This document shows, piece after piece, positions 1-15,000 of a stretch of 64,000 nt of DNA. Under the pieces are notes generated by a model, which was given only the letters and a program-made list of their open reading frames with translations, had not been told where the DNA came from and searched no databases. The translations under genes and the position numbers were made by a program. The stretch is taken from assembly GCA_964016885.1 (NCBI GenBank), contig OZ024741.1:282658001-282722000 (forward strand), read 5' to 3'. The number at the start of each line of letters is the position of its first letter. The first letter of the stretch is position 1. The stretch is from Eledone cirrhosa (lineage: Eukaryota).

Positions 1-3000
1 TGTCTCTATCTAATAAACACCAAGTGTGGTGTATCTGTCTCTATCTAATAAACACCAAGTGTGGTGTGTCTGTATCTAATAAACACCAAGTATTGTGTGC
101 CTGTCTCTATCAAATAAACACCAAGTATGGTGTGTCTATCTCTATCTAATAAACATCAAGTATAGTGTGTCTGTCTCTATCTAATAAACACCAAGTATGG
201 TGTGTCTGTCTCTATCTAATAAACACGAAGTGTGGTGTGTCTATCTCTATCTAATAAACACCAAGTGTGGTGTGTCTGTCTCTATCTAATAAACACCAAG
301 TGTGGTGTATCTGTCTCTATCTAATAAACACCAAGTGTTGTGTATCTGTCTCTATCTAATAAACACCAAGTGTGGTGTGTCTGTCTCTATCTAATAAACA
401 CCAGGTATGGTGTGTCTGTCTCTATCTAATAAACACCAAGTATGGTGTGTCTGTCTCTATCTAATAAAAACCAAGTATGTTGTGTCTGTCTCTATCTAAT
501 AAACACCAAGTATGGTGTGTCTGTCTCTATCTAATAAACACCAAGTATGGTGTGTCTGTCTCTATCTAATAAACACCAAGTGTGGTGTGTCTGTCTCTAT
601 CTAATAAACACCAAGTGTGGTGTATCTATCTCTATCTAATAAACACAAAGTGTGGTGTATCTATCTCTATCTAATAAACACCAAGTATGTTGTGTCTGTC
701 TCTATCTAATAAACACCAAGTATGGTGTGTCTGTCTCTATCTAATAAACACCAAGTGTGGTGTATCTATCTCTATCTAATAAACACAAAGTGTGGTGTAT
801 CTATCTCTATCTAATAAACACCAAGTATGGTGTGTCTGTCTCTATCTAATAAAACCAAGTCTGGTGTGTCTGTCTCTATCTAATAAACACCAAGTATGGT
901 GTGTCTGTCTCTATTTAATAAACACCAAGTGTGGTGTGTCTGTCTCTATCTAATAAACACCAAGTATGGTGTATCTGTCTCTATCTAATAAACACCAAGT
1001 GTGGTGTATCTGTCTCTATCTAATAAACACCATGTATGGTGTGTCTGTCTCTATCTAAAAAACACCAAGTATGGTGTGTCTGTCTCTATCTAATAAAACC
1101 AAGTCTGGTGTGTCTGTCTCTATCTAATAAACACCAAGTATGGTGTGTCTGTCTCTATTTAATAAACACCAAGTGTGGTGTGTCTGTCTCTATCTAATAA
1201 ACACCAAGTATGGTGTGTCTGTCTCTATCTAATAAACACCAAGTATGGTGTGTCTATCTCTATCTAATACACACCAAGTATGGTGTGTCTGTCTCTATCT
1301 AATAGACACCAAGTGTGGTGTGTCTGTCTCTATCTAATAAACACCAAGTGTGGTGTATCTGTCTCTATCTAATAAACACCAAGTATGGTGTGTCTATCTC
1401 TATCTAATAAACACCAAGTATCGTGTGCCTGTCTCTATCAAATAAACACCAAGTATGGTGTGTCTATCTCTATCTAATAAACACCAAGTGTGGTGTGTCT
1501 ATCTCTATCTAATAAACACCAAGTGTGGTGTGTCTGTCTCTACCTAATAAACACCAAGTATGGTGTGTCTGTCTCTATCTAATAAACACCAAGTATGGTG
1601 TGTCTGTCTCTATCTAATAAACACCAAGTGTGGTGTGTCTATCTCTATCTAATATACACCAAGTATGGTGTTTCTATCTCTATCTAATAAACACCAAGTA
1701 TGGAGTGTCTATCTCTATCTAATAAACACCAAGTGTGGTGTGTCTATCTCTATCTAATAAACACCAAGTGTGGTGTGTCTATCTCTATCTAATAAACACC
1801 AAGTATGGTGTGTCTATCTCTATCTAATAAACACCAAGTATCGTGAGCCTATCTCTATCAAATAAACACCAAGTATGGTGTGTCTATCTCTATCTAATAA
1901 ACACCAAGTATGGTGTGTCTGTCTTTATCTAATAAACACCAAGTATGGTGTGTCTGTCTCTATCTAATAAACACCAAGTATGGTGTGTCTATCTCTATCT
2001 AATAAACACCAAGTGTGGTGTATCTGTCTCTATCTAATTAACACCAAGTGTGGTGTGTCTGTCTCTATCTAATAAACACCAGGTATGGTGTGTCTGTCTC
2101 TATTTAATAAACACCATGTATGGTGTGTCCGTCTCTATCTAATAAACACCAAGTGTGGTGTGTCTGTCTCTATCTAATAAACACCAAGTTTGGTGTATCT
2201 GTTTCTATCTAATAAACACCAAGTGTGGTGTATCTGTTTCTATCTAATAAACACCAAGTGTGGTGTGTCTATCATTATCTAATAAAAACCAAGTATGGTG
2301 TGTCTGTCTCTATCTAATAAACACCAAGTTTGGTGTATCTGTTTCTATCTAATAAACACCAAGTGTGGTGTGTCTATCATTATCTAATAAAAACCAAGTA
2401 TGGTGTGTCTGTCTCTATCTAATAAACACCAAGTTTGGTGTATCTGTTTCTATCTAATAAACACCAAGTGTGGTGTGTCTATCATTATCTAATAAAAACC
2501 AAGTATGGTGTGTCTGTCTCTATCTAATAAACAACAAGTGTGGTGTGTCTGTCTCGATCTAATAAACACCAAGTATAGTGTGTCTGACTCTATCTAATAA
2601 ACACCAAGTGTGGTGTATCTGTCTCTATCTAATAAACACCAAGTATGGTGTTTCTGTCTCTATCTAATAAACACCAAGTATCGTGTGCCTGTCTCTATCT
2701 AATAAACACCAAGTATGGTGTGTCTATCTCTATCTAATAAACACCAAGTATGGTGTGTCTATCTCTATTTAATAAACACCAAGTATGGTGTGTCTATCTC
2801 TATTTAATAAACACCAAGTATGGTGTGTCTATCTCTATTTAATAAACACCAAGTATAGTGTGTCTGTCTCTATCTAATAAACATGAAGTATGGTGTGTCT
2901 GTCTCTATCTAATAAACACCAAGTATGGTGTGTCTGTCTCTATCTAATAAACACCAAGTATCGTGTGCCTGTCTCTATCAAATAAACACCAAGTATGGTG

Positions 3001-6000
3001 TGTCTATCTCTATTTAATAAACACCAAGTATGGTGTGTCTGTCTCTATCTAATAAACATGAAGTATGGTGTGTCTGTCTCTATCTAATAAACACCAAGTA
3101 TGGTGTGTCTATCTCTATCTAATAAACACCAAGTATGGTGTGTCTATCTCTATCTAATAAACACCAAGTATCGTGTGCCTGTCTCTATCAAATAAACACC
3201 AAGTATGGTGTCTCTATCTCTATCTAATAAACACCAAGTATGGTGTGTCTGTCTCTATCTAATAAACACCAAGTATGGTGTGTCTGTCTCTATCTAATAA
3301 ACACCAAGTTTGGTGTGTCTATCTCTATCTAATAAACACCAAGTGTGGTGTGTCTGTCTCTATCTAATAAACACCAAGTGTGGTGTATCTGTCTCTATCT
3401 AATAAACACCAAGTGTGGTGTTTCTATCTTTATCTAATAAAAACCAAGTTTGGTGTGTCTGTCTCTATCTAATAAACACCAAGTGTGGTGTATCAATCTA
3501 TATCTAATAAACACCAAGTGTGGTGTGTCTGTCTCTATCTAATAAACACCAAGTGTGTTGTGTCTGTCTCTATCTAATAAACACCAAGTATGGTGTGTCT
3601 GTCTCTATCTAATAAACACCAAGTGTGGTGTGTCTATCTCTATCTAATAGACACCAAGTATGGTGTGTCTATCTCTATCTAATAAAGACCAAGTATGGTG
3701 TGTCTGTCTCTATCTAATAAACACCAAGTATTGTGTGCCTGTCTCTATCAAATAAACACCAAGTATGGTGTGTCTATCTCTATCTAATAAAGACCAAGTA
3801 TGGTGTGTCTGTCTCTATCTAATAAACACCAAGTATGGTGTGTCTGTCTCTATCTAATAAACACCAAGTGTGGTGTGTCTGTCTCTATCTAATAAACACC
3901 AAGTATGGTGTGTCTGTCTCTATCTAATAAACACCAAGTATGGTGTGTCTATCTCTATCTAATAAACACCAAGTATGGTTTATCTGTCTCTATCTAATAA
4001 ACACCAAGTGTGGTGTGTCTGTCTCTATCTAATAAACACCAAGTATGGTGTGTCTGTCTCTATCTAATAAACACCAAGTATGGTGTGTCTGTCTCTATCT
4101 AATAAACACCAAGTATGGTGTGTCTATCTCTATCTAATAAACACCAAGTATGGTGTGTCTGTCTCTATCTAATAAACACCAAGTATGGTGTGTCTGTCTC
4201 TATCTAATAAACACCAAGTATGGTGTGTCTATCTCTATCTAATAAACACCAAGTATGGTGTGTCTGTCTCTATCTAATAAACACCAAGTGTGGTGTGTCT
4301 GTCTCTATCTAATAAACACCAAGTATGGTGTGTCTGTCTCTATCTAATAAACACCAAGTGTGGTGTGTCTGTCTCTATCTAAAAAACACCAAGTGTGGTG
4401 TGTCTGTCTCTATCTAATAAACACCAAGTATGGTGTATCTGTCTCTATCTAATAAACACCAAGTGTGGTGTGTCTGTCTCTATCTAATAAACACCAAGTG
4501 TGGTGTATCAATCTCTATCTAATAAACACCAAGTATGGTGTGTCTGTCTCTATCTAATAAACACCAAGTATGGTGTGTCTGCCTCTATCTAATAAACACC
4601 AAGTGTGGTGTATCTGTCTCTATCTAATAAACACCAAGTGTGGTGTGTCTGTCTCTATCTAATAAACACCAAGTATGGTGTGTCTGTCTCTATCTAATAA
4701 ACACCAAGTATGGTGTGTCTGTCTCTATCTAATAAACACCAAGTGTGGTGTGTCTGTCTCTATCTAATAAACACCAAGTATGGTGTGTCTGTCTCTATCT
4801 AATAAACACCAAGTGTGGTGTATCTGTCTCTATCTAATAAACACCAAGTGTGGTGTGTCTGTCTCTATCTAATAAACACCAAGTATGGTGTGTCTGTCTC
4901 TATCTAATAAACAGCAAGTATGGTGTGTCTGTCTCTATCTAATAAACACCAAGTATGGTGTGTCTGTCTCTATCTAATAAACACCAAGTATGGTGTGTCT
5001 ATCTCTATCTAATAAACACCAAGTGTGGTGTGTCTATATCTATCTAATAAACACCAAGTGTGGTGTGTCTATCTCTATCTAATAAACACCAAGTATGGTG
5101 TGTCTATCTCTATCTAATAAACACCAAGTATGGTGTGTCTATCTCTATCTAATAAACACCAAGTATCGTGTGCCTGTCTCTATCTAATAAACACCAAGTA
5201 TGGTGTGTCTATCTCTATGTAATAAACACCAAGTATGGTGTGTCTGTCTCTATCTAATAAACACCAAGTATGCTGTGTCTGTCTCTATCTAATAAACACG
5301 AAGTGTGGTGTGTCTGTCTCTATCTAATAAACACCAAGTATGGTGTGTCTGTCTCTATCTAATAAACACCAAGTGTGGTGTGTCTATGTCTATCTAATAA
5401 ACACCAAGTGTGGTGTGTCTGTCTCTATCTAATAAACACCAAGTATGGTGTGTCTGTCTCTATCTAATAAACACCAAGTGTGGTGTGTCTGTCTCTATCT
5501 AATAAACACCAAGTGTGGTGTGTCTGTCTCTATCTAATAAACACCAAGTATGGTGTGTCTGTCTCTATCTAATAAACACCAAGTGTGGTGTATCTGTCTC
5601 TATCTAATAAACACCAAGTGTGGTGTGTCTGTATCTAATAAACACCAAGTATTGTGTGCCTGTCTCTATCAAATAAACACCAAGTATGGTGTGTCTATCT
5701 CTATCTAATAAACATCAAGTATAGTGTGTCTGTCTCTATCTAATAAACACCAAGTATGGTGTGTCTGTCTCTATCTAATAAACACGAAGAGTGGTGTGTC
5801 TATCTCTATCTAATAAACACCAAGTGTGGTGTGTCTGTCTCTATCTAATAAACACCAAGTGTGGTGTATCTGTCTCTATCTAATAAACACCAAGTGTGGT
5901 GTATCTGTCTCTATCTAATAAACACCAAGTGTGGTGTGTCTGTCTCTATCTAATAAACACCAGGTATGGTGTGTCTGTCTCTATCTAATAAACACCAAGT

Positions 6001-9000
6001 ATGGTGTGTCTGTCTCTATCTAATAAAAACCAAGTATGTTGTGTCTGTCTCTATCTAATAAACACCAAGTATGGTGTGTCTGTCTCTATCTAATAAACAC
6101 CAAGTATGGTGTGTCTGTCTCTATCTAATAAACACCAAGTGTGGTGTGTCTGTCTCTATCTAATAAACACCAAGTGTGGTGTATCTATCTCTATCTAATA
6201 AACACAAAGTGTGGTGTATCTATCTCTATCTAATAAACACCAAGTATGTTGTGTCTGTCTCTATCTAATAAACACCAAGTATGGTGTGTCTGTCTCTATC
6301 TAATAAACACCAAGTGTGGTGTATCTATCTCTATCTAATAAACACAAAGTGTGGTGTATCTATCTCTATCTAATAAACACCAAGTATGGTGTGTCTGTCT
6401 CTATCTAATAAAACCAAGTCTGGTGTGTCTGTCTCTATCTAATAAACACCAAGTATGGTGTGTCTGTCTCTATTTAATAAACACCAAGTGTGGTGTGTCT
6501 GTCTCTATCTAATAAACACCAAGTATGGTGTATCTGTCTCTATCTAATAAACACCAAGTGTGGTGTATCTGTCTCTATCTAATAAACACCAAGTGTGGTG
6601 TGTCTGTCTCTATCTAATAAACACCAAGTATGGTGTGTCTGTCTCTATCTAATAAAAACCAAGTATGTTTTGTCTGTCTCTATCTAATAAACACCAAGTA
6701 TGGTGTGTCTGTCTCTATCTAATAAACACCAAGTATGGTGTGTCTGTCTCTATCTAATAAAACCAAGTCTGGTGTGTCTGTCTCTATCTAATAAACACCA
6801 AGTATGGTGTGTCTGTCTCTATTTAATAAACACCAAGTGTGGTGTGTCTGTCTCTATCTAATAAACACCAAGTATGGTGTGTCTGTCTCTATCTAATAAA
6901 CACCAAGTATGGTGTGTCTATCTCTATCTAATAAACACCAAGTATCGTGTGCCTGTCTCTATCAAATAAACACCAAGTATGGTGTGTCTGTCTCTATCTA
7001 ATAAACACCAAGTATGGTGTGTCTGTCTCTATCTAATAAACACCAAGTATGGTGTGTCTATCTCTATCTAATACACACCAAGTATGGTGTGTCTGTCTCT
7101 ATCTAATAGACACCAAGTGTGGTGTGTCTGTCTCTATCTAATAAACACCAAGTGTGGTGTATCTGTCTCTATCTAATAAACACCAAGTATGGTGTGTCTA
7201 TCTCTATCTAATAAACACCAAGTATCGTGTGCCTGTCTCTATCAAATAAACACCAAGTATGGTGTGTCTATCTCTATCTAATAAACACCAAGTGTGGTGT
7301 GTCTATCTCTATCTAATAAACACCAAGTGTGGTGTGTCTGTCTCTACCTAATAAACACCAAGTATGGTGTGTCTGTCTCTATCTAATAAACACCAAGTAT
7401 GGTGTGTCTGTCTCTATCTAATAAACACCAAGTGTGGTGTGTCTATCTCTATCTAATATACACCAAGTATGGTGTTTCTATCTCTATCTAATAAACACCA
7501 AGTATGGAGTGTCTATCTCTATCTAATAAACACCAAGTGTGGTGTGTCTATCTCTATCTAATAAACACCAAGTGTGGTGTGTCTATCTCTATCTAATAAA
7601 CACCAAGTATGGTGTGTCTATCTCTATCTAATAAACACCAAGTATCGTGAGCCTATCTCTATCAAATAAACACCAAGTATGGTGTGTCTATCTCTATCTA
7701 ATAAACACCAAGTATGGTGTGTCTGTCTTTATCTAATAAACACCAAGTATGGTGTGTCTGTCTCTATCTAATAAACACCAAGTATGGTGTGTCTATCTCT
7801 ATCTAATAAACACCAAGTGTGGTGTATCTGTCTCTATCTAATTAACACCAAGTGTGGTGTGTCTGTCTCTATCTAATAAACACCAGGTATGGTGTGTCTG
7901 TCTCTATTTAATAAACACCATGTATGGTGTGTCCGTCTCTATCTAATAAACACCAAGTGTGGTGTGTCTGTCTCTATCTAATAAACACCAAGTTTGGTGT
8001 ATCTGTTTCTATCTAATAAACACCAAGTGTGGTGTATCTGTTTCTATCTAATAAACACCAAGTGTGGTGTGTCTATCATTATCTAATAAAAACCAAGTAT
8101 GGTGTGTCTGTCTCTATCTAATAAACACCAAGTTTGGTGTATCTGTTTCTATCTAATAAACACCAAGTGTGGTGTGTCTATCATTATCTAATAAAAACCA
8201 AGTATGGTGTGTCTGTCTCTATCTAATAAACACCAAGTTTGGTGTATCTGTTTCTATCTAATAAACACCAAGTGTGGTGTGTCTATCATTATCTAATAAA
8301 AACCAAGTATGGTGTGTCTGTCTCTATCTAATAAACAACAAGTGTGGTGTGTCTGTCTCGATCTAATAAACACCAAGTATAGTGTGTCTGACTCTATCTA
8401 ATAAACACCAAGTGTGGTGTATCTGTCTCTATCTAATAAACACCAAGTATGGTGTTTCTGTCTCTATCTAATAAACACCAAGTATCGTGTGCCTGTCTCT
8501 ATCTAATAAACACCAAGTATGGTGTGTCTATCTCTATCTAATAAACACCAAGTATGGTGTGTCTATCTCTATTTAATAAACACCAAGTATGGTGTGTCTA
8601 TCTCTATTTAATAAACACCAAGTATGGTGTGTCTATCTCTATTTAATAAACACCAAGTATAGTGTGTCTGTCTCTATCTAATAAACATGAAGTATGGTGT
8701 GTCTGTCTCTATCTAATAAACACCAAGTATGGTGTGTCTGTCTCTATCTAATAAACACCAAGTATCGTGTGCCTGTCTCTATCAAATAAACACCAAGTAT
8801 GGTGTGTCTATCTCTATTTAATAAACACCAAGTATGGTGTGTCTGTCTCTATCTAATAAACATGAAGTATGGTGTGTCTGTCTCTATCTAATAAACACCA
8901 AGTATGGTGTGTCTATCTCTATCTAATAAACACCAAGTATGTTGTGTCTATCTCTATCTAATAAACACCAAGTATCGTGTGCCTGTCTCTATCAAATAAA

Positions 9001-12000
9001 CACCAAGTATGGTGTCTCTATCTCTATCTAATAAACACCAAGTATGGTGTGTCTGTCTCTATCTAATAAACACCAAGTATGGTGTGTCTGTCTCTATCTA
9101 ATAAACACCAAGTTTGGTGTGTCTATCTCTATCTAATAAACACCAAGTGTGGTGTGTCTGTCTCTATCTAATAAACAGCAAGTTTGGTGTGTCTGTCTCT
9201 ATCTAATAAATACCAAGTGTGGTGTATCAATCTATATCTAATAAACACCAAGTGTGGTGTGTCTGTCTCTATCTAATAAACACCAAGTGTGGTGTGTCTG
9301 TCTCTATCTAATAAACACCAAGTATGGTGTGTCTGTCTCTATCTAATAAACACCAAGTGTGGTGTGTCTATCTCTATCTAATAGACACCAAGTATGGTGT
9401 GTCTATCTCTATCTAATAAAGACCAAGTATGGTGTGTCTGTCTCTATCTAATAAACACCAAGTATTGTGTGCCTGTCTCTATCAAATAAACACCAAGTAT
9501 GGTGTGTCTATCTCTATCTAATAAAGACCAAGTATGGTGTGTCTGTCTCTATCTAATAAACACCAAGTATGGTGTGTCTGTCTCTATCTAATAAACACCA
9601 AGTGTGGTGTGTCTGTCTCTATCTAATAAACACCAAGTATGGTGTGTCTGTCTCTATCTAATAAACACCAAGTATGGTGTGTCTATCTCTATCTAATAAA
9701 CACCAAGTATGGTTTATCTGTCTCTATCTAATAAACACCAAGTTTGGTGTGTCTGTCTCTATCTAATAAACACCAAGTATGGTGTGTCTGTCTCTATCTA
9801 ATAAACACCAAGTATGGTGTGTCTGTCTCTATCTAATAAACACCAAGTATGGTGTGTCTATCTCTATCTAATAAACACCAAGTATGGTGTGTCTGTCTCT
9901 ATCTAATAAACACCAAGTATGGTGTGTCTGTCTCTATCTAATAAACACCAAGTATGGTGTGTCTATCTCTATCTAATAAACACCAAGTATGGTGTGTCTG
10001 TCTCTATCTAATAAACACCAAGTGTGGTGTGTCTGTCTCTATCTAATAAACACCAAGTATGGTGTGTCTGTCTCTATCTAATAAACACCAAGTGTGGTGT
10101 GTCTGTCTCTATCTAAAAAACACCAAGTGTGGTGTGTCTGTCTCTATCTAATAAACACCAAGTATGGTGTATCTGTCTCTATCTAATAAACACCAAGTGT
10201 GGTGTGTCTGTCTCTATCTAATAAACACCAAGTATGGTGTGTCTGTCTCTATCTAATAAACACCAAGTATGGTGTGTCTGTCTCTATCTAATAAACACCA
10301 AGTATGGTGTGTCTGTCTCTATCTAATAAACACCAAGTATGGTGTGTCTGTCTCTATCTAATAGACACCAAGTATGGTGTGTCTGTCTCTATCTAATAAA
10401 CACCAAGTGTGGTGTGTCTGTCTCTATCTAATAAACACCAAGTATGGTGTGTCTGTCTCTATCTAATAGACACCAAGTATGGTGTGTCTATCTCTATCTA
10501 ATAAACACCAAGTGTGGTGTGTCTATCTCTATCTAATAAACACCAAGTGTGGTGTATCTATCTCTATCTAATAAACACCAAGTATGGTGTGTCTATCTCT
10601 ATCTAATAAACACCAAGTATGGTGTGTCTATCTCTATCTAATAAACACCAAGTATCGTGTGCCTGTCTCTATCAAATAAACACCAAGTATGGTGTGTCTA
10701 TCTCTATCTAATAAACACCAAGTGCGGTGTGTCTGTCTCTACCTAATAAACACCAAGTATGGTGTGTCTATCTCTATCTAATAAACACCAAGTGTGGTGT
10801 ATCTATCTCTATCTAATAAACACCAAGTATGGTGTGTCTGTCTCTATCTAATAAACACCAAGTATGGTGTGTCTGTCTCTATCTAATAAACACCAAGTGT
10901 GGTGTATCAATCTCTATCTAATAAATACCAAGTGTGGTGTGTCTGTCTCTATCTAATAAAGACCAAGTATGGTGTGTCTGTCTCTATCTAATAAACACCA
11001 AGTGTGGTGTATCTGTCTCTATCTAATAAACACCAAGTGTGATGTGTCTGTCTCTATCTAATAAACACCAAGTATGGTGTGTCTGTCTCTATCTAATAAA
11101 CACCAAGTATCGTGTGCCTGTCTCTATCAAATAAACACCAAGTATGGTGTGTCTATCTCTATCTAATAAAGACCAAGTATGGTGTGTCTGTCTCTATCTA
11201 ATAAACACCAAGTGTGGTGTGTCTATCTCTATCTAATAAACACCAAGTGTGGTGTGTCTATCTCTATCTAATAAACACCAAGTGTGGTGTGTCTATCTCT
11301 ATCTAATAAACACCAAGTATGGTGTGTCTGTCTCTATCTAATAAACACCAAGTATGGTGTGTCTGTTTCTATATAATAAACACCAAGTGTGGTGTGTCTA
11401 TGTCTATCTAATAAACACCAAGTGTGGTGTGTCTATCTCTATCTAATAAACACCAAGTATCGTATGCCTGTCTCTATCAAATAAACACCAAGTATGGTGT
11501 GTCTATCTCTATCTAATAAACACCAAGTATGGTGTGTCTGTCTCTATCTAATAAACACCAAGTATGGTGTGTCTGTCTCTATCTAATAAACACCAAGTGT
11601 GGTGTGTCTATGTCTATCTAATAAACACCAAGTGTGGTGTGTCTGTCTCTATCTAATAAACACCAAGTGTGGTGTATCTGTCTCTATCTAATAAACACCA
11701 AGTATGGTGTGTCTGTCTCTATCTAATAAACACCAAGTGTGGTGTCTCTATCTTTATCTAATAAAAACCAAGTATGGTGTGTCTGTCTCTATCTAATAAA
11801 CACCAAGTGTGGTGTGTCTATCTCTATCTAATAAACACCAAGTGTGGTGTATCAATCTCTATCTAATAAACACCAAGTGTGGTGTGTCTGTCTCTATCTA
11901 ATAAACACCAAGTATGGTGTGACTGTCTCTATCTAATAAACACCAAGTGTGGTGTATCTGTCTCTATCTAATAAACACCAAGTGTGGTGTGTCTGTCTCT

Positions 12001-15000
12001 ATCTAATAAACACCAAGTATGGTGTGTCTGTCTCTATCTAATAAACACCAAGTATCGTGTGCCTGTCTCTATCAAATAAACACCAAGTATGGTGTGTCTA
12101 TCTCTATCTAATAAAGACCAAGTATGGTGTGTCTATCTCTATCTAATAAACACCAAGTGTGGTGTGTCTATCTCTATCTAATAAACACCAAGTATGCTGT
12201 GTCTGTCTCTATCTAATAAACACCAAGTATGGTGTATCTGTCTCTATCTAATAGACACCAAGTATGGTGTGTCTATCTCTATCTAATAAACACCAAGTGT
12301 GGTGTGTCTATCTCTATCTAATAAACACCAAGTTTGGTGTGTCTATCTCTATCTAATAAACACCAAGTATGGTGTGTCTATCTCTATCTAATAAACACCA
12401 AGTATGGTGTGTCTATCTCTATCTAATAAACACCAAGTGTGGTGTGTCTGTCTCTATCTAATAAACACCAAGTATGGTGTGTCTGTCTCTATCTAATAGA
12501 CACCAAGTATGGTGTGTCTGTCTCTATCTAATAAACACCAAGTGTGGTGTGTCTATCTCTATCTAATAAACACCAAGTATGGTGTTTCTATCTCTATTTA
12601 ATAAACACCAAGTGTGGTGTGTCTGTCTCTATCTAATAAACACCAAGTATGGTGTGTCTTTCTCTATCTAATAAACACCAAGTATGGTGTGTCTGTCTCT
12701 ATCTAATAAACACCAAGTGTGGTGTGTCTATCTCTATCTAATAAAAACCAAGTATGGTGTGTCTTTCTCTATCTAATAAACACCAAGTATGGTGTGTCTG
12801 TCTCTATTTAATAAACACCAAGTATGGTGTGTCTGTCTCTATCTAATAAACACCAAGTGTGGTGTGTCTGTCTCTATCTAATAAACACCAAGTGTGGTGT
12901 GTCTATCATTATCTAATAAAAACCAAGTATGGTGTGTCTGTCTCTATCTAATAAACACCAAGTATGGTGTGTCTGTCTCTATTTAATAAACACCAAGTAT
13001 GGTGTGTCTATCTCTATCTAATAAACACCAAGTATGGTGTGTCTATCTCTATCTAATAAACACCAAGTATCGTGTGTCTATCTCTATCTAATAAACACCA
13101 AGTATCGTGTGCCTGTCTCTATCTAATAAACACCAAGTGTGGTGTGTCTGTCTCTATTTAATAAACACCAAGTATGGTGTGTCTATCTCTAGCTAATAAA
13201 CACCAAGTGTGGTGTGTCTATCTCTATATAATAAACACCAAGTGTGGTGTATCTGTCTCTATCTAATAAACACCAAGTGTGGTGTTTCTATCTTTATCTA
13301 ATAAAAACCAAGTATGGTGTGTCTATCTCTATCTAATAAACACCAAGTATCGTGTGCCTGTCTCTATCAAATAAACACCAAGTGTGGTGTGTCTGTCTCT
13401 ATCTAATAAACACCAAGTATGGTGTGTCTGTCTCTATCTAATAAACACCAAGTGTGATGTGTCTGTCTCTATCTAATAAACACCAAGTGTGGTGTATCTG
13501 TCTCTATCTAATAAACACCAAGTATCGTGTGTCTGTCTCTATCTAATAAACACCAAGTGTGGTGTGTCTGTCTCTATCTAATAAACACCAAGTATGGTGT
13601 ATCTGTCTCTATCTAATAAACACCAAGTATGGTGTGTCTATCTCTATCTAATAAACACCAAGTGTGGTGTGTCTATCTCTATCTAATAAACACAAAGTGT
13701 GGTGTGTCTATCTCTATCTAATAAACACCAAGTATGGTGTGTCTATCTCTATCTAATAAACACCAAGTATGGTGTGTCTATCTCTATCAAATAAACACCA
13801 AGTATGGTGTGTCTATCTCTATCAAATAAACACCAAGTATGGTGTGTCTATCTCTATCTAATAAACACCAAGTATGGTGTGTCTGTCTCTATCTAATAAA
13901 CACCAAGTATGGTGTGTCTGTCTCTATCTAATAAACACCAAATGTGGTGTGTCTATCTCTATCTAATAAACACCAAGTATCGTGAGCCTATCTCTATCAA
14001 ATAAACACCAAGTATGGTGTGTCTATCTCTATCTAATAAAGACCAAGTATGGTGTGTCTGTCTCTATCTAATAAACACCAAGTATGGTGTATCTGTCTCT
14101 ATCTAATAGACACCAAGTATGGTGTGTCTATCTCTATCTAATAAACACCAAGTGTGGTGTGTCTGTCTCTATCTAATAAACACCAAGTGTGGTGTGTCTG
14201 TCTCTATCAAATAAACACCAAGTGTGGTGTGTCTATCTCTATCTAATAAACACCAAGTGTGGTGTGTCTGTCTCTATCTAATAAACACCAAGTATGGTGT
14301 GTCTGTCTCTATCTAATAGACACCAAGTATGGTGTGTCTGTCTCTATCTAATAAACACCAAGTATGGTGTGTCTGTCTCTATCTAATAAACACCAAGTAT
14401 GGTGTGTCTGTCTCTATCTAATAAACACCAAGTGTGGTGTGTCTATCTCTATCTAATAAACACCAAGTATGGTGTTTCTATCTCTATTTAATAAACACCA
14501 AGTGTGGTGTGTCTGTCTCTACCTAATAAACACCAAGTGTGGTGTGTCTATCTCTATCTAATAAAAACCAAGTATGGTGTGTCTGTCTCTATCTAATAAA
14601 CACCAAGTATGGTGTGTCTGTCTCTATCTAATAAACACCAAGTATGGTATGTCTGTCTCTATCTAATAAACACCAAGTATGGTGTGTCTGTCTCTATCTA
14701 ATAAACACCAAGTATGGTGTGTCTGTCTCTATCTAATAAACACCAAGTATGGTGTGTCTGTCTCTATCTAATAAACACCAAGTATGGTGTGTCTGTCTCT
14801 ATCTAATAAACACCAAGTATGGTGTGCCTGTCTCTATCTAATAAACACCAAGTGTGGTGTGTCTGTCTCTATCTAATAAACACCAAGTGTGGTGTGTCTA
14901 TCTCTATCTAATAAACACCAAGTATGGTGTGTCTATCTCTATCTAATAAACACCAAGTATGGTGTGTCTGTCTCTATTTAATAAACACCAAGTATGGTGT

